From the IMG/VR virus record IMGVR_UViG_3300015242_000001: DNA of 64,000 bases; one strand, given 5' to 3'. The translations under genes and the position numbers were made by a program. Position 1 is the stretch's first letter. Each line of letters starts with the position of its first letter. This document shows, piece by piece, positions 28,605 to 39,083 of this stretch. The DNA comes from a virus. The notes beneath the pieces are model-generated. The model saw nothing but the letters and a program-made list of their open reading frames with translations, had not been told where the DNA came from and searched no databases.

Positions 28605-29972
28605 ATGAGTAACAAACAGAATCTGATTAACTACTTACTTCAGAATGGGAAAAGTGAGACAATGTCATGGGCAGATTTGGCAACTGGGTTTAGTTTAAAG
28701 AGTGCAGAAGTAGCAAGACATACCTGGAGAGATTATAAAAAACAAGTTAGCAAATATCCTACATTAAAAACATCAGTGCAAACTTCTTGGGGATTTTTAT
28801 CAAAAAATGATCCAAATTACAAGTTAACTAAAGATAATCCCTGGCCTGGAACTATAGCTGAAACTGGAAACTACATAGCGGATCTTGAAAATGAGATTGT
28901 AGAGCATATCCAAGATAAAGAAAAAGGAACAGCTAAAGTTAGTTTTACACATACACTGGAAGTTCTCTCAGACGAGGAAATTTATAAAGAATGTAAAATT
29001 GATAAAAGCAACTGGAAACTTGTACAGATATGGCAAAAGAAGCGTAGTAATGGATTTGTTTATTCTGCCAACTTTAAGTTAATTGAACAAAATTCAGTTG
29101 AGGAAAAATTAAATAGATTTGAATCCTTCCTGGAAAACTACACCTCTAAATACACCCCACTTAGAAAAGCAGACATTTTAGTTAATGATGTCTATGCTAG
29201 ACCTTGTTCTGCATTGATTTCACTTACTGATGTCCATCTTGGAAAGTTAGCTTTAAACAATAAGAATATTCATAAGCATGTAGAAGATTATAAAAAGGTT
29301 TTGGAAGGATTGTTATATAAGGCTTACAAATCCCACTATATAGATGAAATAGTATTTGTCATTGGAGGGGATTATTATCATTCAGATACTATTGATATTA
29401 AAACTACAGCAGGAACTCCTTTAACATCCTCATCCACTTGGGATCAAGAATATGAAATTGGGTATGATTTAATGGTAGAATCTATAAATAAATTGAAACA
29501 ATTTTGTAATACCCTTCATGTAATTTTGATTCAAGGAAATCATGCCAGAACTAAGGAATATTATCTGGCACATGCGTTAGAAACTTATTTCAGTTCTGAG
29601 TCAAATATAAAATTTGACAGATCACCAAAGTCCCGCAAGTCCCATGTTTATGGTTCCACCGTATTATTTTTCCATCATGGCAATTGTAAGGATGTAAAAT
29701 TACCATTAGTGTTTGCCACAGAATTTGGAGAGGAATGGGGTAAATCAAAATATAAAGAAATTATACTGGGTGACAAACATTATAACAAGGAAATCTCATT
29801 TAAGTGGAATCAAAATGAAGCGAATGGGGTTAGAATGAGACAACTTCCAGCTATAAGTGAAACGGATTTGTGGCATGATGATAATTTATTTTGCGGCGCT
29901 CTACAGGCGGGTATTTGTGTAATATACGATTATAAAGCAGGAAAAGTTACTGAGTTTGAAGAAAGAATATAA
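28605..29972 (+). CDS. Calcineurin-like metallophosphoesterase with a possible N-terminal HTH
   Basis: LTDVHLG, GGDYYHSD, IQGNH, FHHG and GDKH motifs in the expected order. Confidence 0.8.
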   Translation: MSNKQNLINYLLQNGKSETMSWADLATGFSLKSAEVARHTWRDYKKQVSKYPTLKTSVQTSWGFLSKNDPNYKLTKDNPWPGTIAETGNYIADLENEIVEHIQDKEKGTAKVSFTHTLEVLSDEEIYKECKIDKSNWKLVQIWQKKRSNGFVYSANFKLIEQNSVEEKLNRFESFLENYTSKYTPLRKADILVNDVYARPCSALISLTDVHLGKLALNNKNIHKHVEDYKKVLEGLLYKAYKSHYIDEIVFVIGGDYYHSDTIDIKTTAGTPLTSSSTWDQEYEIGYDLMVESINKLKQFCNTLHVILIQGNHARTKEYYLAHALETYFSSESNIKFDRSPKSRKSHVYGSTVLFFHHGNCKDVKLPLVFATEFGEEWGKSKYKEIILGDKHYNKEISFKWNQNEANGVRMRQLPAISETDLWHDDNLFCGALQAGICVIYDYKAGKVTEFEERI

Positions 29973-29978
29973 AATAAC

Positions 29979-30656
29979 ATGTCAACTGTCAGAAATTTAG
30001 TGTCTCAAGTTAGAAGTTCTCCAAAATTAATATCTGCCGATACGATAATATCGGACAGGGTCATCCTAGATTTACTTAGGACCGGAAATATTAAATTCGT
30101 AGTTCAACGACTCGATACTAGACAAGGATGGACAGATCCAAATCTTTTTAGTTTATTTTCTTGTATACCATTGAAAGATGTTCCGATTGCTGAATGTTGT
30201 GATGTGGAATTAGATTGTAAAATAAGTAGATCCGTAAACAAACTACCTAAAATAGTAGGTACGAAATTTAACTTAGCAGTACAAGGAGTTTGGGGCATTA
30301 ATAGGAAGAGTAGGTTTATAGAAAGCAATCCCAACAGATATGCCAATTCTGTAAAATTAAATAATAAAAAGGAGCATAAGTCTTTTTGGATATTAAATGA
30401 TTATTTGTACCTATCTAAATCAGGAATAGAACTTGCAAGCATGTCAGCTTTTACAGAGCAGTTTGTTGACCCATCTTTATATTCCTGTGATGCAGATAAA
30501 TCAAAATGTCCTATTAACCCTCTTGATTTAGAATTTAAAACACTTAAAGGATTAGAGGACGATGTAGTTACTTACACTACACAAAAGATTTTAGAGCGTT
30601 ACTATCAGATACCTGTAGACAAATCCACGAACAACATAGACGAACAAAGTAGATAA
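29979..30656 (+). CDS. Tail ring / tubular protein
   Basis: Synteny (ring-IHF-ring-muzzle) as in crAss-like phages; size 225 aa. Confidence 0.6.
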   Translation: MSTVRNLVSQVRSSPKLISADTIISDRVILDLLRTGNIKFVVQRLDTRQGWTDPNLFSLFSCIPLKDVPIAECCDVELDCKISRSVNKLPKIVGTKFNLAVQGVWGINRKSRFIESNPNRYANSVKLNNKKEHKSFWILNDYLYLSKSGIELASMSAFTEQFVDPSLYSCDADKSKCPINPLDLEFKTLKGLEDDVVTYTTQKILERYYQIPVDKSTNNIDEQSR

Positions 30657-31168
30657 TGAAAGTAAGTACGGGAAAAAGAAATAGAATCGCCCCTGAATAC
30701 TTCACTACTGCAAAATCAGTATACGAAGAATTTTGCAGAGAAAACCCCAAAGAAGTAGTCTCATTTGCAGACTTTAAAAAGATATCCCACACCTCCAATT
30801 CTATTTATGCTCATTATATTTTAGAAGGTGAGAAAGTAAAACTTCCCCAAGGATTCGGCTCATTAGCTATTAGTAAGAAAAAACAAGTTCATAAATTTAC
30901 AGTTGGCGGTGTAGAAAAAATATCCTTAGCAGTAAACTGGGTCGAATCTAAAAAGAAAGGTAAAAAAGTATACCACGCAAATCTTCACACAAATGGTTAC
31001 AGATTTAAATGGCTGTGGTTTAAACATGAAGCATTTCTAAATCTCACATATATCTGGCAATTCAATGCTACAAGAGTTAATTCCAGGAAAGTAGCACAAC
31101 TCCTCAAACAAGAAAACTCCCCTTATATTGATAGATATCGAGAATGGGGAGCCAATTCATTCCTTTAA
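30656..31168 (+). CDS. IHF/HU-like DNA-binding protein
   Basis: ILEGEKVKLPQGFGSLAISKKK matches the HU/IHF V-x-L-x-GFG-x-F/L motif; crAss-like synteny. Confidence 0.7.
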   Translation: MKVSTGKRNRIAPEYFTTAKSVYEEFCRENPKEVVSFADFKKISHTSNSIYAHYILEGEKVKLPQGFGSLAISKKKQVHKFTVGGVEKISLAVNWVESKKKGKKVYHANLHTNGYRFKWLWFKHEAFLNLTYIWQFNATRVNSRKVAQLLKQENSPYIDRYREWGANSFL

Positions 31169-31170
31169 TA

Positions 31171-32082
31171 ATGTCTGCTTACTATAATTACGAGTTTGTT
31201 TCCCCAGAACCCATTTTCGCTCAAGTTAAAGAAGAATTACGTTCTTACTTTGATACAGGTGTAGTGGATGACTTATTATTTGAAACATATCTAAGTCATT
31301 GCTTGAGTAAACTAAGCAAAAGTGCTTATAAGATAGATGAAACTATCCTACATCTAAAGGATTTTGAGGCAGATCTTCCTGATGATTTCAAAGCCGTAAG
31401 AGAAGCATGGTTGTGTACTAGCGATGGTCATGTAAGATACCCAGATCAATCTTCTTTTTATTATCAACGAGATTGTAGAGTAACCAGGATAGATGATAGT
31501 TGTAATGAGTGTTTTACTCCACAAGATCCATGTTGTACTACTGTTCCTGTATACAATTCTTGTGACCCCTGCGATACTTGTGGTATTCCTGAAAAGTTCA
31601 GGGTTACACATAAAGTAACTGGGGAAACGGTATTTTCATTTCAGAGGCATTTTCTACTCAAGCCAGGGAACATCAGTAAGTTAAAAGATTGCAATCTTCA
31701 TTGTAGGAATTTTGGATCAACTGCTAAGGATACATTTGATGTTGCCGACTGTGTATTTAGGACAAACTTTTCTACGGGAGTAGTCCACCTATTATACTAT
31801 GCTGAAGGATTTGATGATACCGGATATCAATTAGTCCCTGATAATTTTAGAATAAAGGAATACGTAAAGTCATATATAACATATATGGTTTTTGATCAAT
31901 TATACAAGCAGTCTTCAACTGAGAATTATGCTCAACGTAAAGATATGTGGTTACAATATGGTCAAAAATACGATGAAGCCTTTATACTAGCAGATATAGA
32001 AACAAAGAAATCTACACTGGATAAAAAGGTTCGTGAGATCAAAAAGTCTTATAAAAGGTTTAGAAGGTTTAACATTCGTTAA
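31171..32082 (+). CDS. Tail ring protein with Cys-rich insertion
   Basis: In-frame ATG at 31171; synteny before the muzzle gene; CNEC..CC..CDPCDTC insert. Confidence 0.6.
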   Translation: MSAYYNYEFVSPEPIFAQVKEELRSYFDTGVVDDLLFETYLSHCLSKLSKSAYKIDETILHLKDFEADLPDDFKAVREAWLCTSDGHVRYPDQSSFYYQRDCRVTRIDDSCNECFTPQDPCCTTVPVYNSCDPCDTCGIPEKFRVTHKVTGETVFSFQRHFLLKPGNISKLKDCNLHCRNFGSTAKDTFDVADCVFRTNFSTGVVHLLYYAEGFDDTGYQLVPDNFRIKEYVKSYITYMVFDQLYKQSSTENYAQRKDMWLQYGQKYDEAFILADIETKKSTLDKKVREIKKSYKRFRRFNIR

Positions 32083-35000
32083 TGGCCCAAGAGCAAAATA
32101 TAAATAATAGTATATCTCAACCTGTAGGTGGGATGGACCTTGTTTCAATACCTTCTCAGATTAAGAAAGGGTTTACTTCATTCTCATTAAATTCCGTGAT
32201 TGAGAATTTTGATGGGAAACAAGTAGCTATTCAAAATGAAGGAGCTAATGTAATCTGTGCTTATCTGCCAGCAGGATTTAAAGTCATTGGTGTAAAACCC
32301 ATTTATGAAATAAAGCAAACATTATATTGGGTTGTCAATCCATTAACAGGAGCTTGTGAAATAGGTTATGTAAATGACGGAATGTGTACTTATAATACAT
32401 ACATTTCCTCTCCGTGTTTAGGATTTGATAGAAACTTTCCAATAAAGACCATTGAAGTAAAGACTACAAATTGTTCTACTCAAGTATATTGGACAGATGC
32501 AAATAATGATAGGAGATTCATAGACTTGAACGATCTTCCCTGGAAAGAAGAAATTGACCCTAATAATGATTTCAAAAGAATTAAAATTGAAGGTGTAGTA
32601 GATTGTAATAAATTACTTGTACAACCTAAGTTCACAGTTCCTGTAATAAAACCAATTTCTGTAGATATTGGTGGTTCCTTGATTTATGGAACTTATCAAT
32701 TCTTCTTCCAATATTCAAATGCTTTGGGGGAAGGAGCCACTTCATTTTATTCAAATACTAATGGAGTATCTATTAAAGATAATAAAATCACTCCAAATTT
32801 TAATGAAACTACTAGTAAATCTATTAATGTTAATATTGATAATATAGATACTTCTGGTCTGTATGATCATTTCAATTTAGTAGTTCTTGAAACAATAAAT
32901 TTAATCCCCACACCAAAGCTAGTTGGAACCTTCCCCATTACTGCAAGAACTTTTTCATATAACTATACTGGGAATACCAAAACACAAATCAACCTCGCAA
33001 TAGCAGATTTATTTGAGAAATTCCCTTACTACGATATTGCAGCTGGTGTTACTTCCGCAGATAATTCTCTTATTTTTTATGGGCTGACCTCTAGAAAAAA
33101 AGATATTTATCAGTCAATCTGGAGTAAAGTAAAATTTGTCTGGGAGACTTGGAAAATACCATATAATGAGTTTGAAGCGTACAATAACGGAGTCAATACT
33201 GCTAATATAAAAGGACATTTTAGAGATGAAGTATATGCATTAGAGGCAATTATTACTCACACTGATGGAAGTGAAAGTATGTCATTTCCTCTCGTAGGAA
33301 GAAAATCCACTTCTTATGATACAGAGATTATCTCCATACAGAACCTAGATGCAGCAGCAATAAAAAGAAACCCCTGCGAAGATCCCCAACCAACTGTTAG
33401 ATGGAAGGTTTACAATACCGCATCTCGTACAGGGTATTCAGAGCAATACCTTTTATCAGGTCAAGGTAATGATTGTTACGTTGGTCCATATGAATATGGA
33501 GAATTTGCTTACTGGGAATCCCAAGACCCCTATCCTAATAATCCTTTAATATGGGGAGCATTGGCCGGAAAACCAATCAGACACTTTAAATTCCCGGACT
33601 GTGCAGTATCTCCTATACATGACAATAACATAAATAATGATCCTAATTTTATACATTCTATATATCCAATAGGTATAAAAATAGACCTTCCTTCCTTATA
33701 TAGAGCAATAGAAGAGTCGGATTTGACCGAAGAACAAAGAGGAAGGATTGCAGGGTTTAAAATTGTTAGAGCAAACAGAGCTAATAATAAATCTGTAGTA
33801 GCGAAAGGATTGTTATATAATGTGGGTAAATATGAAAAAAACGAACAAACCTACCTCTACCCCAACTACCCATACAATGATTTAAATCCGGATGTTTTTA
33901 TATCTAATACCAAAGTATCAAATCATAGTGGTAATAACAGCGATAAACGATTAGATGGATTTAATACTGAAGATAGTAAACAACGATTTACTTTCCATAG
34001 TCCAGATACCCATTTCTATCAACCTAATTTTGTTGATTCAGGATATTTGAAATTAGAGACAGTTGAATATGGCAAAACCAGATCTCATTTTATAGAAGTA
34101 CAGGATAATGCAAAATACAAGTTCTTAACTTCTCAATCATTATTTATTGCTTATGCACTTGGTTTGTCGTCTGCGTTAAACCTGGATTCAGGTGGGGGTT
34201 TTTTAGGAATAGCACCATCGGTTACTGTGGATATTGGTCCCATAGCATCAGTTTTTACAGCCAGTCTTCAGATACTTAAAGATATAGCACAGGCTAAAAA
34301 TTATGGATATCAGTACAATTCAATAGGGAATTATAATAATTCTCTACCAGTACCCAATGAGCAAGGTATAAAGAATAGACCAATAGAAACTGGAAGATAT
34401 TTAATTGAAGGAGTACAATCAGTAAATGATATTTACCAAGTAAACAATAAATTCAGAGAAAGTTCTGTCTACTTAAAAACATCAGAAACGTTCCCTTTCC
34501 CACATGAAGTTGATACCTATCTAATTCCTGAAGATAACTCAAGATATATATTATCTGATTCATCAACTTGTGATTCTCCCGAAACAGTTATAGAAAGGAA
34601 TATTAGTTCATTTTATGGAGCAATTAAGAGATATGTGCCAGACCAATACGGAAGGATATTTTCATACGAAGTTGTAGATACTGGTTTCCTAACTCCTCTT
34701 TATGATGAAAAAGGAGCAAAACTAAAATCAGTTCCTACTATATTTGGTGGAGATTGTTTTATAAATAGAATCGGGTTAAAAAGAAAGCATTCCTTTTTTC
34801 TGGCGAGTACTGTTAAAAAAGATAATGAATACGATATAAGTCTGGATCAAATTCCAACCGTAGGCTATCCAACGTTTTACTACAGCACTAGTAAAATTGA
34901 CACCGATGTTGATTTTAGTAATCTTCAGGGATATATAAATAATATTATCGATACAAGTGCTGGGACTATTATAATAAATATTCTAAGTGGTGGAGTAAGA

Positions 35001-36752
35001 CCTCTTACTTCCGGACTGATGATATTCACAACAATATTAAAAGCATACGTAGAATCATTAGGTGTAGCAAATGTAAATCTCGATTGTCCAGCTTCTCCTA
35101 AGAATTTAACTGAAGAAGGGAAGGTATATTTGTTTGCATATGGGATTCCATATTTTTTCTGTGAGTCTGAAGTGAATGTTGATTACAGGCAAGCCACCAA
35201 CTCAAAAGAAGGTAATTTCTTCCCAAATGTCGCTACTGATATCCCCGATGATTGGTTACAAGAAGTAAATGTCCCTATATTACTTGATAATAGTTATACT
35301 TATAACCAAACATATTCAAAGCAGAATAAAGAAAATGTTTTCACACATCTCAGAGAAGATTATGATCCTTCTAAAACTTGCTTGTTTGAATTTCCTAATA
35401 GGGCTATTTACTCTGATAAATCAACCCTGGAAGAAACGAAAAACAATTGGTTAGTTTATAGACCAGTTTCTTTTTTTGATTTCCCCAAAGAGTATGGTCC
35501 TCTGGCAGCCTTAAATGGATTTGAGAATAGACAAGTACTCGCAAGGTTTGAGAATAAATCCCTTATATATAATGCACTCTCTACTGTTAATACATCTACA
35601 TTAACAGCATATTTAGGTAATGACCAGTTCTTTAAATCCTCTCCTCCATTGGATTTTGCAGAAACAGATTTAGGATTTGCAGGATCTCAGCATAAGTTCT
35701 TTATTAAAACCGAATTTGGTCATATCACTATTGATGCAAAAAGAGGTCAAATATTTATATTAAAAGGGAATACAATAGATACCTTATCAAATCAGTATAC
35801 GGATAACTGGTTTCAAGAATATCTCCCCTTCAAAATTACAAACTATTTTCCAACTGTAGATATTGATAACAATTTCAAAGGGTTGGGTTTACATGGAACC
35901 TATGATGCCAAGTATAAACGAATATTAATAACCAAACTAGATTATGAACCACTTAATACTGAAATTAAATATATTGATTCTAAGTTCACTCTTGATGGTA
36001 CAGAAGTTTCATTGCAAGATTCAACTCTTTTCTGCAACCGATCTTGGACGCTTTCTTATTCATTTATCCCAGGGATAAACAACTGGGTAAGTTTCCATTC
36101 ATATCAACCCAATTATTATATTTCCCAACCTACCTATTTCCAATCCGGATTAAATTCAGATGGTAGTATTTGGAGTCATAACACGGTTTACAATAAGTTC
36201 AATAATTTCTATGGTAAAATATACCCATACATTATAGAACACCCTTACTTCTTTGAGAATCCTAATGATCAAATATTGCAGTATGTGAAGGATTACACTA
36301 CGGCTTTAAAGTATACAGATTTTTATACTTATACAGAACCTGATAAAACTATCTATTTTAATAAAGCCATTATTGATAATGGGCAACAGTGTACTGGATT
36401 ATTGAATCTTGTACCTAATGATAGGAATAACCTCTCTCAAAAATTGAAGTACCCCAAATATAACTCCATATCAAAAGATATTTTGGTTACAAAAGTGAAG
36501 AATTATTTTAACTATAATACATTCTGGGATATAGTGAAAAACAATGATCAACCTATCTATTTAAAATCTTGCGACTTCTCACTTACAAATAAGGAATTGA
36601 ATTCCTCAAATCTGGATTATGGTAAGAAGGATTTTGCAAAAGCTAAGATAATGGGGAAAGATTTAAAAGTTCGTCATATTCTTGATAATCAAGATAACTA
36701 CAAATTAATTACACATTTTAATTTGGTACAAACCCAAACCTCATTTACATAA
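32082..36752 (+). CDS. Tail stabilisation / muzzle protein (1556 aa)
   Basis: Size and position; GGMD N-terminus; WTLSYS...WVSFHSYQPNYY C-terminal motif typical of crAss-like muzzle proteins. Confidence 0.75.
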   Translation: MAQEQNINNSISQPVGGMDLVSIPSQIKKGFTSFSLNSVIENFDGKQVAIQNEGANVICAYLPAGFKVIGVKPIYEIKQTLYWVVNPLTGACEIGYVNDGMCTYNTYISSPCLGFDRNFPIKTIEVKTTNCSTQVYWTDANNDRRFIDLNDLPWKEEIDPNNDFKRIKIEGVVDCNKLLVQPKFTVPVIKPISVDIGGSLIYGTYQFFFQYSNALGEGATSFYSNTNGVSIKDNKITPNFNETTSKSINVNIDNIDTSGLYDHFNLVVLETINLIPTPKLVGTFPITARTFSYNYTGNTKTQINLAIADLFEKFPYYDIAAGVTSADNSLIFYGLTSRKKDIYQSIWSKVKFVWETWKIPYNEFEAYNNGVNTANIKGHFRDEVYALEAIITHTDGSESMSFPLVGRKSTSYDTEIISIQNLDAAAIKRNPCEDPQPTVRWKVYNTASRTGYSEQYLLSGQGNDCYVGPYEYGEFAYWESQDPYPNNPLIWGALAGKPIRHFKFPDCAVSPIHDNNINNDPNFIHSIYPIGIKIDLPSLYRAIEESDLTEEQRGRIAGFKIVRANRANNKSVVAKGLLYNVGKYEKNEQTYLYPNYPYNDLNPDVFISNTKVSNHSGNNSDKRLDGFNTEDSKQRFTFHSPDTHFYQPNFVDSGYLKLETVEYGKTRSHFIEVQDNAKYKFLTSQSLFIAYALGLSSALNLDSGGGFLGIAPSVTVDIGPIASVFTASLQILKDIAQAKNYGYQYNSIGNYNNSLPVPNEQGIKNRPIETGRYLIEGVQSVNDIYQVNNKFRESSVYLKTSETFPFPHEVDTYLIPEDNSRYILSDSSTCDSPETVIERNISSFYGAIKRYVPDQYGRIFSYEVVDTGFLTPLYDEKGAKLKSVPTIFGGDCFINRIGLKRKHSFFLASTVKKDNEYDISLDQIPTVGYPTFYYSTSKIDTDVDFSNLQGYINNIIDTSAGTIIINILSGGVRPLTSGLMIFTTILKAYVESLGVANVNLDCPASPKNLTEEGKVYLFAYGIPYFFCESEVNVDYRQATNSKEGNFFPNVATDIPDDWLQEVNVPILLDNSYTYNQTYSKQNKENVFTHLREDYDPSKTCLFEFPNRAIYSDKSTLEETKNNWLVYRPVSFFDFPKEYGPLAALNGFENRQVLARFENKSLIYNALSTVNTSTLTAYLGNDQFFKSSPPLDFAETDLGFAGSQHKFFIKTEFGHITIDAKRGQIFILKGNTIDTLSNQYTDNWFQEYLPFKITNYFPTVDIDNNFKGLGLHGTYDAKYKRILITKLDYEPLNTEIKYIDSKFTLDGTEVSLQDSTLFCNRSWTLSYSFIPGINNWVSFHSYQPNYYISQPTYFQSGLNSDGSIWSHNTVYNKFNNFYGKIYPYIIEHPYFFENPNDQILQYVKDYTTALKYTDFYTYTEPDKTIYFNKAIIDNGQQCTGLLNLVPNDRNNLSQKLKYPKYNSISKDILVTKVKNYFNYNTFWDIVKNNDQPIYLKSCDFSLTNKELNSSNLDYGKKDFAKAKIMGKDLKVRHILDNQDNYKLITHFNLVQTQTSFT

Positions 36753-39082
36753 TGGCAACAAGTAAAAAGAAAATGCCAGATGGAGGAAAGATTAATCCTA
36801 AAGATGCAGCTGTTAAAAAATGGATGCAGGGGTATGTCCAATCCCCAAAGTATAAGGAAAGACTATCCAACTTCTACCAGTATCCAGATTATGTTCAAGG
36901 TCAACGTTCCAAACGTATTGAAGGAACACAGGTTCAAGAAGTACCAGGGAGTACTCTTCAATATTCTTCAGAAGATAACACTTTAAATATATCTCCAACT
37001 GAAATAGCCTTAAAAGCGCTTAATAGACAAGAGGTAGTTGCACACGAACTAGGTCATGCTATTAACTCAAATGAAACTAATCCAGCCTTGGGTTTATCTC
37101 CCAAAGAAGAGTCTTTCATATTTAATAGATCAAATCTTGATCCTGGCACAAAGAAGGATATAACCGGAGATGCACAAAGAGAAGAGATGGGGATTTCAAG
37201 GTATATGAAAATCAGACCCTCCCTTCATGACTTCTATCCTACTGAAAATAAGAGTGATATAGATACATTCAGATATTTATTAAATCAGCAAGGGATATAT
37301 GATGCTGGTACACAAGATATCACACCAGAAATACTTCAAAAAGCAAAACAAAATCCAGTAATCAATAAGTCCCTCTCTACAAAAAGATTGTTTGATAATT
37401 ATCAAGATAATAATTTAATTGATGTAATGAATAAGGTTGCATCAAATCAACAATCAGCAGAAACAACTTATGCAGCTGATGGAGGAAAAATTTCAAAATA
37501 TGTATCTCCTAATAAAAATAGCCTTAAAAATCCTTCATTTTCAAATGATGAACTTTCAAGACTATATAACCCCGACGAAGCCGTAAGAAACTGGTATACG
37601 GATTATATAAACTCTCCAAAGTATAAAGAAAGGCTAGGAAAATCTGGATACAATGATGTGAATGGAACTATTAGAGATAGGAGACAAAGGATACAGAATA
37701 CAGTTATTACACATCCGGATTCTAAGGGAGAGATAGGATCTTATTATGATCCTGGGGACAATATGGTATTTATAGATAACAAACAAGTTAAAAAGTTATC
37801 AACAACAAGAGATGATATTCTTTCACATGAATTGGGTCATGCTGTTAATTATACTAATGAATATATAAGAAATGAAAATGACCCCAATAAAGGAATAATA
37901 ACAGCCCCTGCTAATTTAAGACTCAGTAAAGATGAAGAAAAATATATAGGAAGTAGAAATAAAGGAGTTGATGAAGGGTTGTTATTAAAAGCTCAAAGGT
38001 TAGCCTCTGAACAAGGACAATCCGTAAGTCATATATTAGGTCTACTTGATCATAATTTATCACCATCTGAAAATAAAAGTGATGTTGATGCATTTAGATA
38101 CATACTTAAAAAAGAGGGGATATATGATTCCGGTAACCAAGATCTTACACCAAAATTATTAGAAAAGGCAAGAGGTAATAAGAATATTAAAAATACTTAT
38201 AATTCACAAAGGCTACTGAAGAACTTTTCTGATAAAGATATCATTGATATAATGAACAATATTGCTTACAATAATGAAAATAATAATACTACTATGATTG
38301 CCAAAAATGGAGGATCTTTAAATTTCTCTTCAAAACCAGCCTATAACCGATGGATTGGATATATACACGCAAAAGGTTTAGCTGAATCTACTCCCGGTAA
38401 TCAAAAGATTTCTATCAATGGAAATTCTCATAAGGTAAAACATGCTTATGGTGGACCAATTGATTCAAATATTCAAGGTTATAATCCATATGCAGTATCA
38501 AGTGAGCTACAGAATGATACTCCGTATTTACCATATAAACCCGTAGGATCTCCATTGAATCAAGCATCAGCAAATGTTAACAATTATTTTGCCACAGAGC
38601 AAAGTAATATGATCCCCAATGATGCTTCTTTGGATGGTCCGGCCTTCGATCAGCCGGAGTATTTATTAGATGCAAATACAGATCAAGTATCTCAAAGTAA
38701 TTATGAACCACAAAGTTCAGAAAAAGGCTCAAGTAAAGGATTAAATGTAGCAAAAGCAATTAAAGGAAGTTTACCTAGAATAAAATTTAACACAGCTGGA
38801 CCAATATTAGCATTAGCAGGTTTAACTGGACAAATGGCGCAACAGAAGAATTTCAATGATAATCAAGCAAGGAGAATAAATAGGCAGTTCAATCGGGAAA
38901 CTTATAATCCAAATCCCTATGGGACAGGCAGTAGTGCAATATACAAGAACGGTGGTAAAGTTTCTTCAAAAGAGAGTAAAATGGCTAATGGTGGATATAT
39001 GTTAGGGGAGACTTACAATTTAACCCCGGAAGAAATTAATTTACTTTCAGAATCCGGTTACAGCTTTGATATAATTAGTTAA
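36752..39082 (+). CDS. Cargo protein with two tandem zincin-like metallopeptidase domains
   Basis: HELGH at 37043-37057 and 37826-37840 inside two clearly homologous repeats (SPKYKERL...SP(T/S)ENKSD.D.FRY...GIYD.G.QD.TP). Confidence 0.7.
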   Translation: MATSKKKMPDGGKINPKDAAVKKWMQGYVQSPKYKERLSNFYQYPDYVQGQRSKRIEGTQVQEVPGSTLQYSSEDNTLNISPTEIALKALNRQEVVAHELGHAINSNETNPALGLSPKEESFIFNRSNLDPGTKKDITGDAQREEMGISRYMKIRPSLHDFYPTENKSDIDTFRYLLNQQGIYDAGTQDITPEILQKAKQNPVINKSLSTKRLFDNYQDNNLIDVMNKVASNQQSAETTYAADGGKISKYVSPNKNSLKNPSFSNDELSRLYNPDEAVRNWYTDYINSPKYKERLGKSGYNDVNGTIRDRRQRIQNTVITHPDSKGEIGSYYDPGDNMVFIDNKQVKKLSTTRDDILSHELGHAVNYTNEYIRNENDPNKGIITAPANLRLSKDEEKYIGSRNKGVDEGLLLKAQRLASEQGQSVSHILGLLDHNLSPSENKSDVDAFRYILKKEGIYDSGNQDLTPKLLEKARGNKNIKNTYNSQRLLKNFSDKDIIDIMNNIAYNNENNNTTMIAKNGGSLNFSSKPAYNRWIGYIHAKGLAESTPGNQKISINGNSHKVKHAYGGPIDSNIQGYNPYAVSSELQNDTPYLPYKPVGSPLNQASANVNNYFATEQSNMIPNDASLDGPAFDQPEYLLDANTDQVSQSNYEPQSSEKGSSKGLNVAKAIKGSLPRIKFNTAGPILALAGLTGQMAQQKNFNDNQARRINRQFNRETYNPNPYGTGSSAIYKNGGKVSSKESKMANGGYMLGETYNLTPEEINLLSESGYSFDIIS

Positions 39083-39083
39083 T

